A program made the translations under genes and the position numbers. A stretch of 64,000 nt of DNA. Origin: Pachysolen tannophilus NRRL Y-2460. Lineage: Eukaryota. Shown here piece after piece: positions 22,361-32,563 of this stretch. The notes under the pieces were generated by a model that was not told where the DNA came from, searched no databases, and saw only the letters and a program-made list of their open reading frames with translations. Where the stretch lies: NCBI GenBank assembly GCA_001661245.1, contig KV454016.1:433381-497380 (forward strand), given 5' to 3'. Numbering within the stretch: position 1 is the stretch's first letter; each line of letters starts with the position of its first letter.

Positions 22361-24184
22361 TTAATTTTCAATATTTCTAAAATTCTTTTTTAGCACATAT
22401 TGATTTTTTTTCAATTCTTCAGGTATTCTAGTAAATTTCGAATTGGATAAAAACTTGTATAAATCGTATAATATATCTTTATCATCATCTTCATTTAAAA
22501 AAGTTATAGCCTTACCTTTCTTTCCAGCTCTACCAGTTCTACCAATCCTATGTGTATAATCTTCTACAGTTTTCGCCATTTGATAATTTATTACCAAAGA
22601 AACATTATTAATATCAATACCTCTACCTGCAACGTCAGTAGCAATCAAAATATCCTTTTCACCATTTTTAATTTGTTGAATTGCCTGTTCTCTTTTCTCT
22701 TGAGATTTAGAACCATGTAATGTTACAGATTTAAATCTTTCCTTCATTAATTTAAAATTCAAATCTTCACATGTTTTTTTATAATTAAGAAAAATTATTA
22801 TTGGTGGTTTGTATTTATTAGAACTCAATAATTGTAAAATCTTCAGGAATTTTTTATCATCAGATGATATGAACTCAACTTCTTGTGATATTGTATCCAG
22901 AGTTCTATTAACAGATACAAGACCGCCACCACTACCGCTACCGCCACCACGAATATTACTCTTGTCACCAATAACGACAATATTTGGTTTATATAAATAA
23001 TTTTTCGCAATTTTTTCAATCGAAGAAGACATTGTAGCTGTAAACATCATTGTAGTTCTTCTTGCTTCTCCAATTGATGGAGTTGATAAAGGTAACATTT
23101 CAAGGATTTTATTAACTTGTTCTTCAAAACCCATATCGATCATTCTATCTGCCTCATCCATCACCAAATATTTGCATTGGTTGAAGACCAATATCTTCCT
23201 TTCTATACAATCAATCAACCTTCCCGGCGTTGCTATTATTATTTCACTCCCATTTTTCAATTTATAAATTAATTCTTCAAATGAGTGACCACCAATAATG
23301 GAACAACAATTTAAATCATAACTATGATTTATTTCTTTCAATTTAATTAAAAATTTTTTAAATTCTTTTTCAATTTGTAAAGCCAACTCTCTAGTAGGCG
23401 CCAATACCAATACATAAGGTCCATCATTTTGAGTCATATCATCTAATGGTGGCAAATTTAATAAATTAGATAATATAGGTACTATAAATGAAAGGGTTTT
23501 ACCAGAACCTGTCTCAGCTATACCAATAATGTCCAAATTATCAATTGCTATTGGGATAGCTGCTCTTTGAATTGCAGTTGGCACTGTAAATTTCAAGCTA
23601 TGCAAAATTTCTAAAACCTCAAAAGGCATAGAACTTTCATCAAACGATCTTAATGGCGGTTTAACTTTACTATTACCACTACTATTACCACTATTGGACT
23701 TTATTGTTATATTGAAATCTTCCTTCAAAATTCTCCAATCCCGATCAGTCATCTCCTCTAAAGACTTCTCTGACCAGTGTCTTAGCTCACTATCATCACC
23801 ATGAGCACCAGCACCATTTTTCACATGACTAGCTCGATAAAGCTTCATCGATGGTTTTTTCATTACTATTGGATTATAATCCTGCAACGTATCATCTTCA
23901 GCATCCCAATCAAACTCAAACTTCCTACTGGGTTTCAGTAAAGCACGAGATGCACCATTAACAATCTCTCTCTCATGTTTTTCTTCTTTCTGCTCCTCTT
24001 CCTCCTCAAAAGTAGAGACTTTTATTTTCTTAATAGGTTTCTGTCTCTTCTCATCTTCCTGTTTTCTCTTTAAAGATTCCCTCTTCGGTTTGGACAAAAA
24101 CTTTGGCTTCGTGAAATCATCCCCACCACCCTTCTTAAGCCTCAACAACTCCTCCAATGACAAAGGCTCTTTCCTCAGCGACAT
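22361..24184 (-). CDS. PRP28: DEAD-box splicing helicase Prp28
   Basis: KFEFDWDAEDDT, HWSEKSLEEMTDRDWRILKEDFNI, AETGSGKT, DEADRMIDMGFE, HRIGRTGRAG; first ATG at 24184. Confidence 0.93.
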   Translation of the reverse strand: MSLRKEPLSLEELLRLKKGGGDDFTKPKFLSKPKRESLKRKQEDEKRQKPIKKIKVSTFEEEEEQKEEKHEREIVNGASRALLKPSRKFEFDWDAEDDTLQDYNPIVMKKPSMKLYRASHVKNGAGAHGDDSELRHWSEKSLEEMTDRDWRILKEDFNITIKSNSGNSSGNSKVKPPLRSFDESSMPFEVLEILHSLKFTVPTAIQRAAIPIAIDNLDIIGIAETGSGKTLSFIVPILSNLLNLPPLDDMTQNDGPYVLVLAPTRELALQIEKEFKKFLIKLKEINHSYDLNCCSIIGGHSFEELIYKLKNGSEIIIATPGRLIDCIERKILVFNQCKYLVMDEADRMIDMGFEEQVNKILEMLPLSTPSIGEARRTTMMFTATMSSSIEKIAKNYLYKPNIVVIGDKSNIRGGGSGSGGGLVSVNRTLDTISQEVEFISSDDKKFLKILQLLSSNKYKPPIIIFLNYKKTCEDLNFKLMKERFKSVTLHGSKSQEKREQAIQQIKNGEKDILIATDVAGRGIDINNVSLVINYQMAKTVEDYTHRIGRTGRAGKKGKAITFLNEDDDKDILYDLYKFLSNSKFTRIPEELKKNQYVLKKNFRNIEN

Positions 24185-24631
24185 ATCCAACAACAAAATT
24201 AGAAATATAATTACAAATCAGAACAATACCAATCTATCTATATCTTTAATACCTCTCCCATCCAGTAATGGAGGGCCCAAAAAACCCAAAAAAACCAAAA
24301 AAAGGCTAAAAACAAATGCATACTTTATTGGGAAGTCAAAAGTGTAATTACCCAATGGGGAAACTGTTCCCGTTTAGGAAATTGTTTTTTTTTTTTTGTA
24401 ACTTTTTCCGAATTTTGATTTTGTTTGAAATTTTCTTTGAGTTTTTCCCTCAATTTGTTAACAGCGGTTAAAGAGAAGAAGAATAATTAGTGTGTTTTGA
24501 TTAGGACAAAGGTTAAGACAACCAGAGTGGATATAGGTATATCTTCAATTGATAGGAATCAGATTGGTATAGGAAGTTGTCAGAGCAGCTAGTGATTTGA
24601 TAAAGTTTTGGCTTTGTTTATTCGTTAATTG

Positions 24632-24746
24632 GTATGTATTTATTAGTTATAGTAATAGATGGATTTTGGATTTTGAATTTGAAATCTACGTGTCTTCAAC
24701 AATTGGATATTAACAATTTTTAATTTCGTTTCTTTTAATATACTAG
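24632..24746 (+). other. Probable 5'-UTR intron of SEC26 (115 nt)
   Basis: GTATGT at 24632, branch-like TATTAAC 24708-24714, first downstream AG is TAG 24744-24746, 44 nt before the SEC26 ATG; no ATG seen in the ~130 nt before the donor. Confidence 0.5.
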
Positions 24747-24790
24747 TTCATCTATCATCACGGAATAAGATTTATAACATTTGAGGAAGA

Positions 24791-24822
24791 ATGGCAGACG
24801 TGGCATATACTTTGGTGAATGA
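24791..24822 (+). CDS. SEC26: SEC26 (beta-COP) coding exon 1, MADVAYTLVN(D), separated from its intron by an inversion
   Basis: ATG GCA GAC GTG GCA TAT ACT TTG GTG AAT GA; matches the beta-COP N-terminal AYTLV motif. Confidence 0.85.
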
Positions 24823-25860
24823 CTTTTTAAGTAATTTAACAACATCTTCAACATTTCTACTAGAAATTAATTGTAAAGTGATATCAATTGCTCTTCTACG
24901 AACTTCTAAATCTTGTGATGATAAAATTCTTAAAATTTCTAAAGTTAAATCGTCCAACATACCAGGATGATTCTTATGAAGTTCCAATACTCTTTCTAAA
25001 GTGATCAATTTAACATTATTATCTGGTTCTTTTATAGCCAATTCAATAAATTTAGAAGCTGCTGCTGTTACAGCAGTTGGTGAATGAGACAATATAGTCA
25101 ATGTTGTAGCTGCTTCATATATGACTGTATTTGATGTTGTATCCAACAAATCAGAGATAATACTTAAATATTGATTTCTTAAATCCGAATGTTCAACAGC
25201 ATCTTTACGAATGAATTCAACAAATGATAATTGTAATAAAGGATCTAAAGTGGCTAAAGATTGCAAATTATCTTGAATATAACGTAATGCGGATTCTCTT
25301 TGTAAGCTACCAAGACAAACAAAAGCATTTCTTTTGCAAGTTGAATCAGTTTCTACAGCCAAGAAATCAACTAATAAATCAGCAGCATCAAAGATTAAAT
25401 GTTCTGAAACTTTAAAAATGGAATAAATTGCAAATACAGCATTTTTACGAACATAAGCATGACGATGTTCTAAGCATAATCTTGCTGAAGCAACCAATGG
25501 TTCCAATAATTCTGGTTCTTTTAATTTTGATAAAAATCTTAAAGTATTTCCTCTAATATATTCATTTGGATGTTGTAAATCATGTTGAATTGCATTACAA
25601 ACCAAGATCATTTCTTGCTTTAATTTACCATCAGGTTCCAACTTGGGGCAAATTTCCCAATAAAAATATAATAATTTTTTCAATTCTTTATCTTTTGAAG
25701 GCATTACATAACGTATAACATACATCAATAACTCAGGCATCAAATTACCATTCAACATGGTAATTAAAATCCTTCTCATAGCATCAAGCTTATCTTCATC
25801 TTTGCCCTTTTCCAACAGTGATCTAAACTCTTGAACAGAAGTCTTGGATGAATTATTTGG
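24823..25860 (-). CDS. SEC26: SEC26 (beta-COP) residues ~12-357, inverted relative to the rest of the gene
   Basis: After the TAG acceptor: PNNSSKTSVQEFRS.LEKGKDEDK...HPNEYIRGNTLRFL...SRNVEDVVKLLKK; similarity ends at ~24823. Confidence 0.92.
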
Positions 25861-25965
25861 CTAAAAAAAAAAAAAAACAAAACAAACAAACAAATATGGA
25901 ATTGTTAGTATAATAAATTAAACAAAAAAAACAAACAAGCAAACAAAAACAACACAAATACATAC
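25861..25965 (-). other. SEC26 coding-region intron (105 nt) inside the inverted segment
   Basis: On the - strand: GTATGT from 25965, TACTAAC 25910-25904, TAG 25863-25861. Confidence 0.88.
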
Positions 25966-25966
25966 A

Positions 25967-27781
25967 GAATTACAGAAAACTTCAAATTCAAACGAAGAAA
26001 AATTTGCAGAATATAGACAAATCTTAATTTCTGCAATTCATTCTTGTGCTATTAGATTTGCTGAAGTTGCTGCAAGTGTTGTTGATCTCTTATTAGATTT
26101 TATGGGTGAATTAAATACAACTGCAGCAGTAGATGTTATTACATTTGTTAAAGAAGTTGTTGAAAAATTCCCAGCTTTACGTACTTCAATTATCCATAGA
26201 TTGATCACTGCATTATCTAAAGTTAAAAGTGGTAAAGTTTATAGAGGATCGTTATGGATTCTTGGTGAATATTGTCTTGATGAAAAAGATATCTTGGATG
26301 CTTGGAACCATATTAGATCATCTATTGGAGAAATTCCAATCTTAGCAAGTGAAAAGAAAGCTTTACAAGATGCTGCTACAGGAACTGGATCTGATGAAAA
26401 AGAATCAAAGACAAATGGTGCTGTTTCTCATAAACCAGTTGTTCTTCCTGATGGTACATATGCCACTGAGAATGCAATGACTGTTGATACTGCAACTAGT
26501 AATGAGGCAAAATCTGAAAGACCACCAATTCGTCTGTTAATTTTGGAAGGTGATTATTATCTTGGTGCGGTATTATCTTCAACTTTAGTTAAATTAGTCT
26601 TGAGATTTGAAGAAATAACACAAAAATCAAAGGTTAACGTTTTAAATGCATTAAAAGCTGAAGCTATGTTGATCATGGTATCTATATTAAGAGTAGGTGA
26701 TTCATCATTTGTTAAACAAAAGATTGATGAGGACTCTTCTGAAAGAATTTATTGTTGTATCAATTTCTTGTCAGAAGATAACAGTTCAACAGATTCTAAA
26801 GAATTTAAATTAATTGAATCTGCCTTCTTAGAATATACAAGAGAAGCATTTAAGAAACAATTAGAAATTGAAGATAAAAAGAAAGCCAAGCAAGATTCTG
26901 ATGAATTGGAAAGAAATGCAGAAAAAGTTGATGATTCGATTGTTTTCAGACAATTATCAAAAGAAGATATTAAAGATGTAGTTGATGACGAGCTATTGGC
27001 AGATCAAAACGTGGTGGCAACTACCAAGAAAGAAGATTTATCATCAAGACTTAATCATATTGTTCAATTAACAGGATTTTCTGATCCTGTTTATGCTGAA
27101 GCATATGTAAAAGTCCATCAATTTGATGTGGTTTTAGAAGTGTTAGTTGTCAATCAAACAACTGTTACTTTACGTAATCTCTCTGTAGAATTTTCAACTT
27201 TAGGAGATTTGAAAGTCATTGATAAACCAACCACTTCAAACATTGGACCTCATGGTTTCCATAGGGTTTCCACAACAATAAAAGTTACATCAGCCGATAC
27301 AGGTGTCATATTTGGAAATATTGTTTATGATGGCCAACATGCAAACGAGTCTACCATTGTCATCTTAAACGATGTTCATGTTGATATCATGGATTATATC
27401 AAACCAGCATATTGTAAAGAAAATCAATTCCGTAAAATGTGGAATGAATTTGAATGGGAGAACAAGATTACTATCAAGTCCACTTTGCTTACATTACAAA
27501 GTTATCTCGATCTGTTGTTGAAAGGAACAAATATGCAATGTTTAACGCCTGGTGCTATAATTGGTGGAGACGAATGTCAATTCTTATCTGCTAATTTATA
27601 TTCTAAATCTTCTTTTGGAGAAGATGCTTTAGCGAACTTGTGTATTGAGAAGAAAAATGATGGCCCAATTGTTGGTCATGTTAGAATCAGATCTAAGGGA
27701 CAAGGATTGGCATTGAGTTTAGGTGATAGAGTTGCTTCTGTCGCTAGAAAGACAAATAAAAGTGTTACTGCTAGTGTTTGA
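25967..27781 (+). CDS. SEC26: SEC26 (beta-COP) C-terminal ~604 residues
   Basis: Open frame from 25967: ELQKTSNSNEEKFAEYRQILISAIHSCAIRFAEVAASVVDLLLDFMGELN...LPDGTYATE...QLTGFSDPVYAEAY...RIRSKGQGLALSLGDRV. Confidence 0.93.
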   Translation, partial: ELQKTSNSNEEKFAEYRQILISAIHSCAIRFAEVAASVVDLLLDFMGELNTTAAVDVITFVKEVVEKFPALRTSIIHRLITALSKVKSGKVYRGSLWILGEYCLDEKDILDAWNHIRSSIGEIPILASEKKALQDAATGTGSDEKESKTNGAVSHKPVVLPDGTYATENAMTVDTATSNEAKSERPPIRLLILEGDYYLGAVLSSTLVKLVLRFEEITQKSKVNVLNALKAEAMLIMVSILRVGDSSFVKQKIDEDSSERIYCCINFLSEDNSSTDSKEFKLIESAFLEYTREAFKKQLEIEDKKKAKQDSDELERNAEKVDDSIVFRQLSKEDIKDVVDDELLADQNVVATTKKEDLSSRLNHIVQLTGFSDPVYAEAYVKVHQFDVVLEVLVVNQTTVTLRNLSVEFSTLGDLKVIDKPTTSNIGPHGFHRVSTTIKVTSADTGVIFGNIVYDGQHANESTIVILNDVHVDIMDYIKPAYCKENQFRKMWNEFEWENKITIKSTLLTLQSYLDLLLKGTNMQCLTPGAIIGGDECQFLSANLYSKSSFGEDALANLCIEKKNDGPIVGHVRIRSKGQGLALSLGDRVASVARKTNKSVTASV

Positions 27782-28129
27782 AGTTTATTTATGAAAAAGA
27801 CTTTTTTTTTTGTTCTGAAAGTTTTTTTATTTTTGTTTTTTGATTGATTAGTCTTGTTATATTTACTGCTTTTTTATTCTCTTTTTTTTTATACTAATTT
27901 TACTTTCAATTAAGAAGTATTCCATTTATTTTTTTTTTTTTTTTTTTTATATATTTTTTATTTTATTTTGTTTTGTTTTTCTTGATTTAAAAAGAAAAAC
28001 TATCATCACGGTATGAAAGTGAATGTTTTCGAATAGAAAGAAATATACAAAAGTTTATGTCAAATATTAAAAGAAAAATTATTTACAATGTATATATATA
28101 TATATATCTATTTAAGTACTATTTGGAGA

Positions 28130-29050
28130 TTATAGTAAATATTTTGGGATTCTTTCACTTCCAATGAATGGTAATCCATAAGCACTTAGCACTGTTCTAG
28201 CTTCAGCATCAATTTGGGCACTTGTATGGAAAAGTATATCCATACCAAAAGTTTTTGGCCAAAGATCTTGATTTGCTTCAATTTCAGGGAAAAATCTTAC
28301 TTCATTTGGAGTCAATCCAAATGAGATATTACCATACCTATCACCTGCTCTATTACTAATTCCTTTAAATTCTCTTATTTTAGGTAATACTAATTCTGTT
28401 AATGTAGATAAAAATTGAGTCATTTCTCTACCTTTTAATTCCACTTTAGCACCCATTTGCATACCAGGTCTAAGTTTCCAAGTTGGTACATTTGTCTTGG
28501 CATAAATTGGACGTGGTTTAACACCAGTAATTTGTTGTAATTGTAACATTGCTGAAATACTAAATCCTGTATTTTCCTTTGCTTCTTTAACAAATGAACT
28601 AAGAGTAATTCTTTCAATATTTGGAATATTTTTCCATGTTCTTGCTTTAACCGTTGGTGATGGAACTTTTTCACCACGAGGATGTCTATCAGGTCTATTA
28701 ATATGATATGGAGATGAATAATCCCATTCTCTACGCTTATTACCAACAACATCTTCTTGATCATGCATATAATTAATTAAAAGTAAATCTGATGCCAAAG
28801 TATTATCATAATGTTCAACAACACGATCCTGGTGCGTCGTCGTAGGCTTAAACTTTGGAGATCTTATATCATTTGGCTCCAACTTCAATTCAGGATACTT
28901 TGGAGATAATAACTGTTTAATAATCTTAATACGATGATGAACAGGTTTAACCATAGCACATCCAACCCTATATTGAATAGAACTCGATGAAAATGAACGG
29001 CATGATACCGTTATTCCTCCATACACAGATGACTGCAAACCAACAAACAT
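28130..29050 (-). CDS. MRPL7: Mitochondrial ribosomal protein uL5m
   Basis: [58 protein letters not shown]; adjacent to SEC26 as in S. cerevisiae. Confidence 0.92.
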   Translation of the reverse strand: MFVGLQSSVYGGITVSCRSFSSSSIQYRVGCAMVKPVHHRIKIIKQLLSPKYPELKLEPNDIRSPKFKPTTTHQDRVVEHYDNTLASDLLLINYMHDQEDVVGNKRREWDYSSPYHINRPDRHPRGEKVPSPTVKARTWKNIPNIERITLSSFVKEAKENTGFSISAMLQLQQITGVKPRPIYAKTNVPTWKLRPGMQMGAKVELKGREMTQFLSTLTELVLPKIREFKGISNRAGDRYGNISFGLTPNEVRFFPEIEANQDLWPKTFGMDILFHTSAQIDAEARTVLSAYGLPFIGSERIPKYLL

Positions 29051-29605
29051 ATTCTCTCTCTCCTACTTGCTCTTCAAAACCTAATCACAAATATCACAAA
29101 TATCACCACTTGTTTAATTATATCTTTCCAATTCTTGTCGTCGGTTTCCTTGGTCCAATTTTGGATGAAAAATTTTTGACGGACAAAAAGGAAGTCACGT
29201 GATTTTTGACCCGAATTTTTTTGGTATGTTTTGAATAAAATTTCAAAAAAAAACAATAATGAAGGACATAAATCTATTGAAATAGTTTTAATTATATTTC
29301 AAGTCAGTTTAGTTTCCATTTATTTGGGTATTGACGGGTCTTTTTTTTTCTTTTAGTGTTGTTGTGTTGCAGAGGAAGCGGTGTTGGAAAATTTTTTTAG
29401 GTTTTAACCATTTTTTTTTTTCATATTTGTTGCTTTTAAGAAGGAAGAATTGAAAGAAAAGAAAAGTAGAAGTAGAAGAAGAAAAAAAAAAAGAAGCGCT
29501 GGTTTGAAACTGACACTAAAAAATATTGCAGTTTTAAGTTGTACCCTGAAAATAGATATATAGCTATTGTTTGAAGAATAGGTTTTTTTCGAGGTTTATT
29601 GGAAG

Positions 29606-30475
29606 ATGGAATATTTAGAAGCATTTAGATTGAAGTATCAGTATGATGATCCTTTGGCTGATTTAAGAGTTCCATTTGTTGAAGAATATTTCAAACCGTA
29701 TCTTCCGGAAGCTTTGGGAAATGGGTTAAACCATATTCATGAAATTGTATTTGTGATATTGCTTTATCATGCAATTTTTGTTATTGCAAGAATTGTATTT
29801 AAGATTTTATGGCCAAATTATAAGATCTCACAAAATTTACTTAATGAATTTGGTATTCATGTTGTATCATTTATTCAATCAATAATTATCTTGATCATGT
29901 TAATACCTGCTCTTCAAAATCCATATTTAGAAAATGATCGTGTCTTTGGTTATACTCCATATTCTGGACTATTAACATCTTTTGCCGTTGGTTATTTCAT
30001 ATGGGATGCTATAATTTCAATTTTATATTCAGCATTTGGGTTTTTCCTTCATGGTCTTACTTCATCGATTGTTTTCGGTATTGGGTTAACACCTTATATC
30101 ATGTATTATTCACCAATTTTCTTACTTTTCGAATTATCAAATCCTTTTTTAAATCTTAGATGGTTTGGTATTAAATTTCCAGGTAGTTTTAGCGCTATTT
30201 TTCAATTGATCAATAACATAATTTTAATCACAATATTTTTCTTTATGAGAATAGGTTGGGGTTGGTATCAAGTTTTCAGATTGGCCTTGGATTTTTATCA
30301 AGTAAGAAACGATCCAAGGTTCAACTTAACCTACAGCATAATCATATTAGTTTGCAATTTCATCTTAGACATTTTAAATGTATATTGGTTTTATAGAATG
30401 GTTTTAGTTGCAATTAGAATCTTGAAACAAATGTTTTGCTCAAAGAAAGAAACTGAGTCCAAGAAGAAAATCTAA
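29606..30475 (+). CDS. TLC (TRAM/LAG1/CLN8) domain membrane protein, Tda4-like
   Basis: IHVVSFIQS, DRVFGYTPY, GYFIWD, FLLFELSNPFLNLRWF, LNVYWFYRM. Confidence 0.85.
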   Translation: MEYLEAFRLKYQYDDPLADLRVPFVEEYFKPYLPEALGNGLNHIHEIVFVILLYHAIFVIARIVFKILWPNYKISQNLLNEFGIHVVSFIQSIIILIMLIPALQNPYLENDRVFGYTPYSGLLTSFAVGYFIWDAIISILYSAFGFFLHGLTSSIVFGIGLTPYIMYYSPIFLLFELSNPFLNLRWFGIKFPGSFSAIFQLINNIILITIFFFMRIGWGWYQVFRLALDFYQVRNDPRFNLTYSIIILVCNFILDILNVYWFYRMVLVAIRILKQMFCSKKETESKKKI

Positions 30476-30813
30476 TTAAAAAACTTAAAACATCTATTCC
30501 ATTCTATTCCATTCTAGACAGAAATTACAATCCTATATATATATATACATTGTGATATGCATCTGTGGCACGGAGTTATCTAGATCTGCTTTCCTAATTA
30601 TATAGACGTTATCGTTGTCTTAAAATTTATATCTATATTTTTTTTTTTTTGAATTATTTGAATTTTTGTCTTTATATAATTTATTTACATTTTTGATTAC
30701 TTGACTTTTGATCAGACTTGAATCTTTGTGAATTTCCTACCGAAGATAAAATATATAATATATATATTTATATATAGATATAATTATTTATTTATACGCA
30801 TCATCATATTGAC

Positions 30814-31854
30814 TTATGGATCCATTTCTTTAAAACTCTCAATTTTCGAATGTTGTAACCAATCTTCACCCAATATTTTTAATCTAATACAACCATTGAA
30901 TTTTTGATCTTTAACCAGCTCTAACCAGTCACTAATTATTAAGTTTAAAATTTTTCTCAGTTGTAAACCGTACAGTTGTAAAAACTCTTTACAACAAGAT
31001 TCCCACCAGTTGCACACTATAAAGAAATGGACATTTTGTAAACGATCTAATGGTAAGTTCAACAATCTTGATAAAAAAAGCCAACTATATGAAATAGGTA
31101 ATGGGTGAGGTTTATCGTTAGCAACATCTTTAATAGATAGTCTTGTCATTACCGAATATAGTGTCACAATACCACCAATTCTCTCGTTATATTTAGTTTC
31201 TTCTTCCCATTTATTATCTCTCCTTTTCCAACCCATCCTGAGTCTTCCTTCTTCAGTGTCAATGGAACATGTATAACCAATCAAGTACGGACATTTCTTA
31301 ACAAATCTTGCTATAAGATAATATTTCAAATCTGGGAATAAAATTAATAAATTAAGTGCCAATTTAGCTAAAGGTATTGAATGTTGAGGTTTAACAATAA
31401 TTTCCACCTCTGCTTGAGATATAATTTCTTTAGCTATAAAATTCAATATGAAATTATATGCTAATTCATTTAATTGTGATTTTACTTCTGAAATTAATTG
31501 ATAAATTTCATTTGTTATTTCGTTTAATTTTGAACCAGAATTAGTCAACTGTCCAAACTTTGGATTTATCTTTCTCTTATATTTATTTGTCAGTTGTTTT
31601 AAAGCCTTATCTGCAAATAATGGTTCTTTTACTGTCTCTTTAATCTGTATTATATCTTGTTTATATTTGAAAAAATCTTTTTCAATACCACTAAAATTTG
31701 TTATTCCAATATTTCCCTTGGCTTCTTCTTCTTTTCTTTTCAACTCATCTTGTTGTTTCTTTATTTTTAACTCTTCTTCTTTTCTTTTCCTTGCCAATTC
31801 TTGTTGTTTAAGTAATTCCAGTTTCTTCCTTTGTTCTTCTTCTTGTTCAAGTTT
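30814..31854 (-). CDS. GLE1: GLE1 (mRNA export factor) C-terminal ~346 residues, lacking its own start in this orientation
   Basis: KLEQEEEQRKK...ITNF...KRKINPKFGQLTNS...NFIAKEIISQAEVE...ARFVKKCPYLIGYTCSIDTEEGRLRMGWKR. Confidence 0.92.
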   Translation of the reverse strand, partial: KLEQEEEQRKKLELLKQQELARKRKEEELKIKKQQDELKRKEEEAKGNIGITNFSGIEKDFFKYKQDIIQIKETVKEPLFADKALKQLTNKYKRKINPKFGQLTNSGSKLNEITNEIYQLISEVKSQLNELAYNFILNFIAKEIISQAEVEIIVKPQHSIPLAKLALNLLILFPDLKYYLIARFVKKCPYLIGYTCSIDTEEGRLRMGWKRRDNKWEEETKYNERIGGIVTLYSVMTRLSIKDVANDKPHPLPISYSWLFLSRLLNLPLDRLQNVHFFIVCNWWESCCKEFLQLYGLQLRKILNLIISDWLELVKDQKFNGCIRLKILGEDWLQHSKIESFKEMDP

Positions 31855-31862
31855 TCACTCAT
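31855..31862 (-). CDS. FMN1: Displaced FMN1 start (ATG AGT GA) at the edge of the inverted segment
   Basis: ATG at 31862-31860 on - is out of frame with GLE1 but in frame with FMN1 after re-inversion (MSEKQESADKVRP). Confidence 0.75.
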
Positions 31863-32068
31863 AGTTCCAATGTTTCACTAAATCTCTTGTCGTCTTGATC
31901 TTGGTGATGATAATTTTGTATGTGTATAAAAAATGATTGAAAACTCAAAAAGCCAAAAAAAAAAGAAAACATTTATAGTTATATTTATATATTATATAAA
32001 AGATTTATATAAATATCTTTAAATTGTTTTATAATAGAGAGGATAGATTCAGTTTCCATTAGAGGATC

Positions 32069-32563
32069 ATGAGGGTGTCTTTGGATGATATCTATAGTGG
32101 GAAGAATAGGTCAGAGATAAAGTATGGTAATCCAAGAGATGAATTTGAAGCGATTTTACTGGATGATAAAATAAGAGAGCTGTATTTATTAGCTATTGGA
32201 AATAGACAAGATAATATAACATCATCATCTCAGGTATTAGACACATTGACTTCTTTGGATCATGATCCTGCAAAGATTTTAAATGATTTGATAGGTGGTT
32301 GGGTGTCAAATTATAAACAAAAGATAATACAGCAAAATGATTTAGAGAATTCTTTTAAAAATTTGAAGATTAAAGAAATTAAAGATAGAAAAGATAATGT
32401 TGGTAAAATGTTTATGGATGATTTATCAAATTTTATCAAGGATCAAGATAATGAGATTGATAGTGTAATATTGAGGATTCAAGAGGAAAAAAAAATGAAG
32501 GAATTACAACGTCAAAAATTAATACTGGAGAAAGAACAAAAGAAAAAGGAAGAAGAAAGAAAG
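32069..32563 (+). CDS. GLE1: GLE1 N-terminal ~165 residues, inverted
   Basis: MRVSLDDIY...; ends in coiled-coil EEKKMKELQRQK...KKKEEERK, which continues in frame into KLEQEEEQRKK of the - strand fragment after re-inversion. Confidence 0.8.

Noticed and set aside
24772..25815. Treating the - strand beta-COP ORF and the + strand ORF as two genes or decayed pseudogenes
   Set aside because: They are non-overlapping consecutive parts of one protein that rejoin in frame with exon 1 after a single inversion, with no degeneration; the ORF's SFTKVYATSAILPQML tail is just antisense exon 1.
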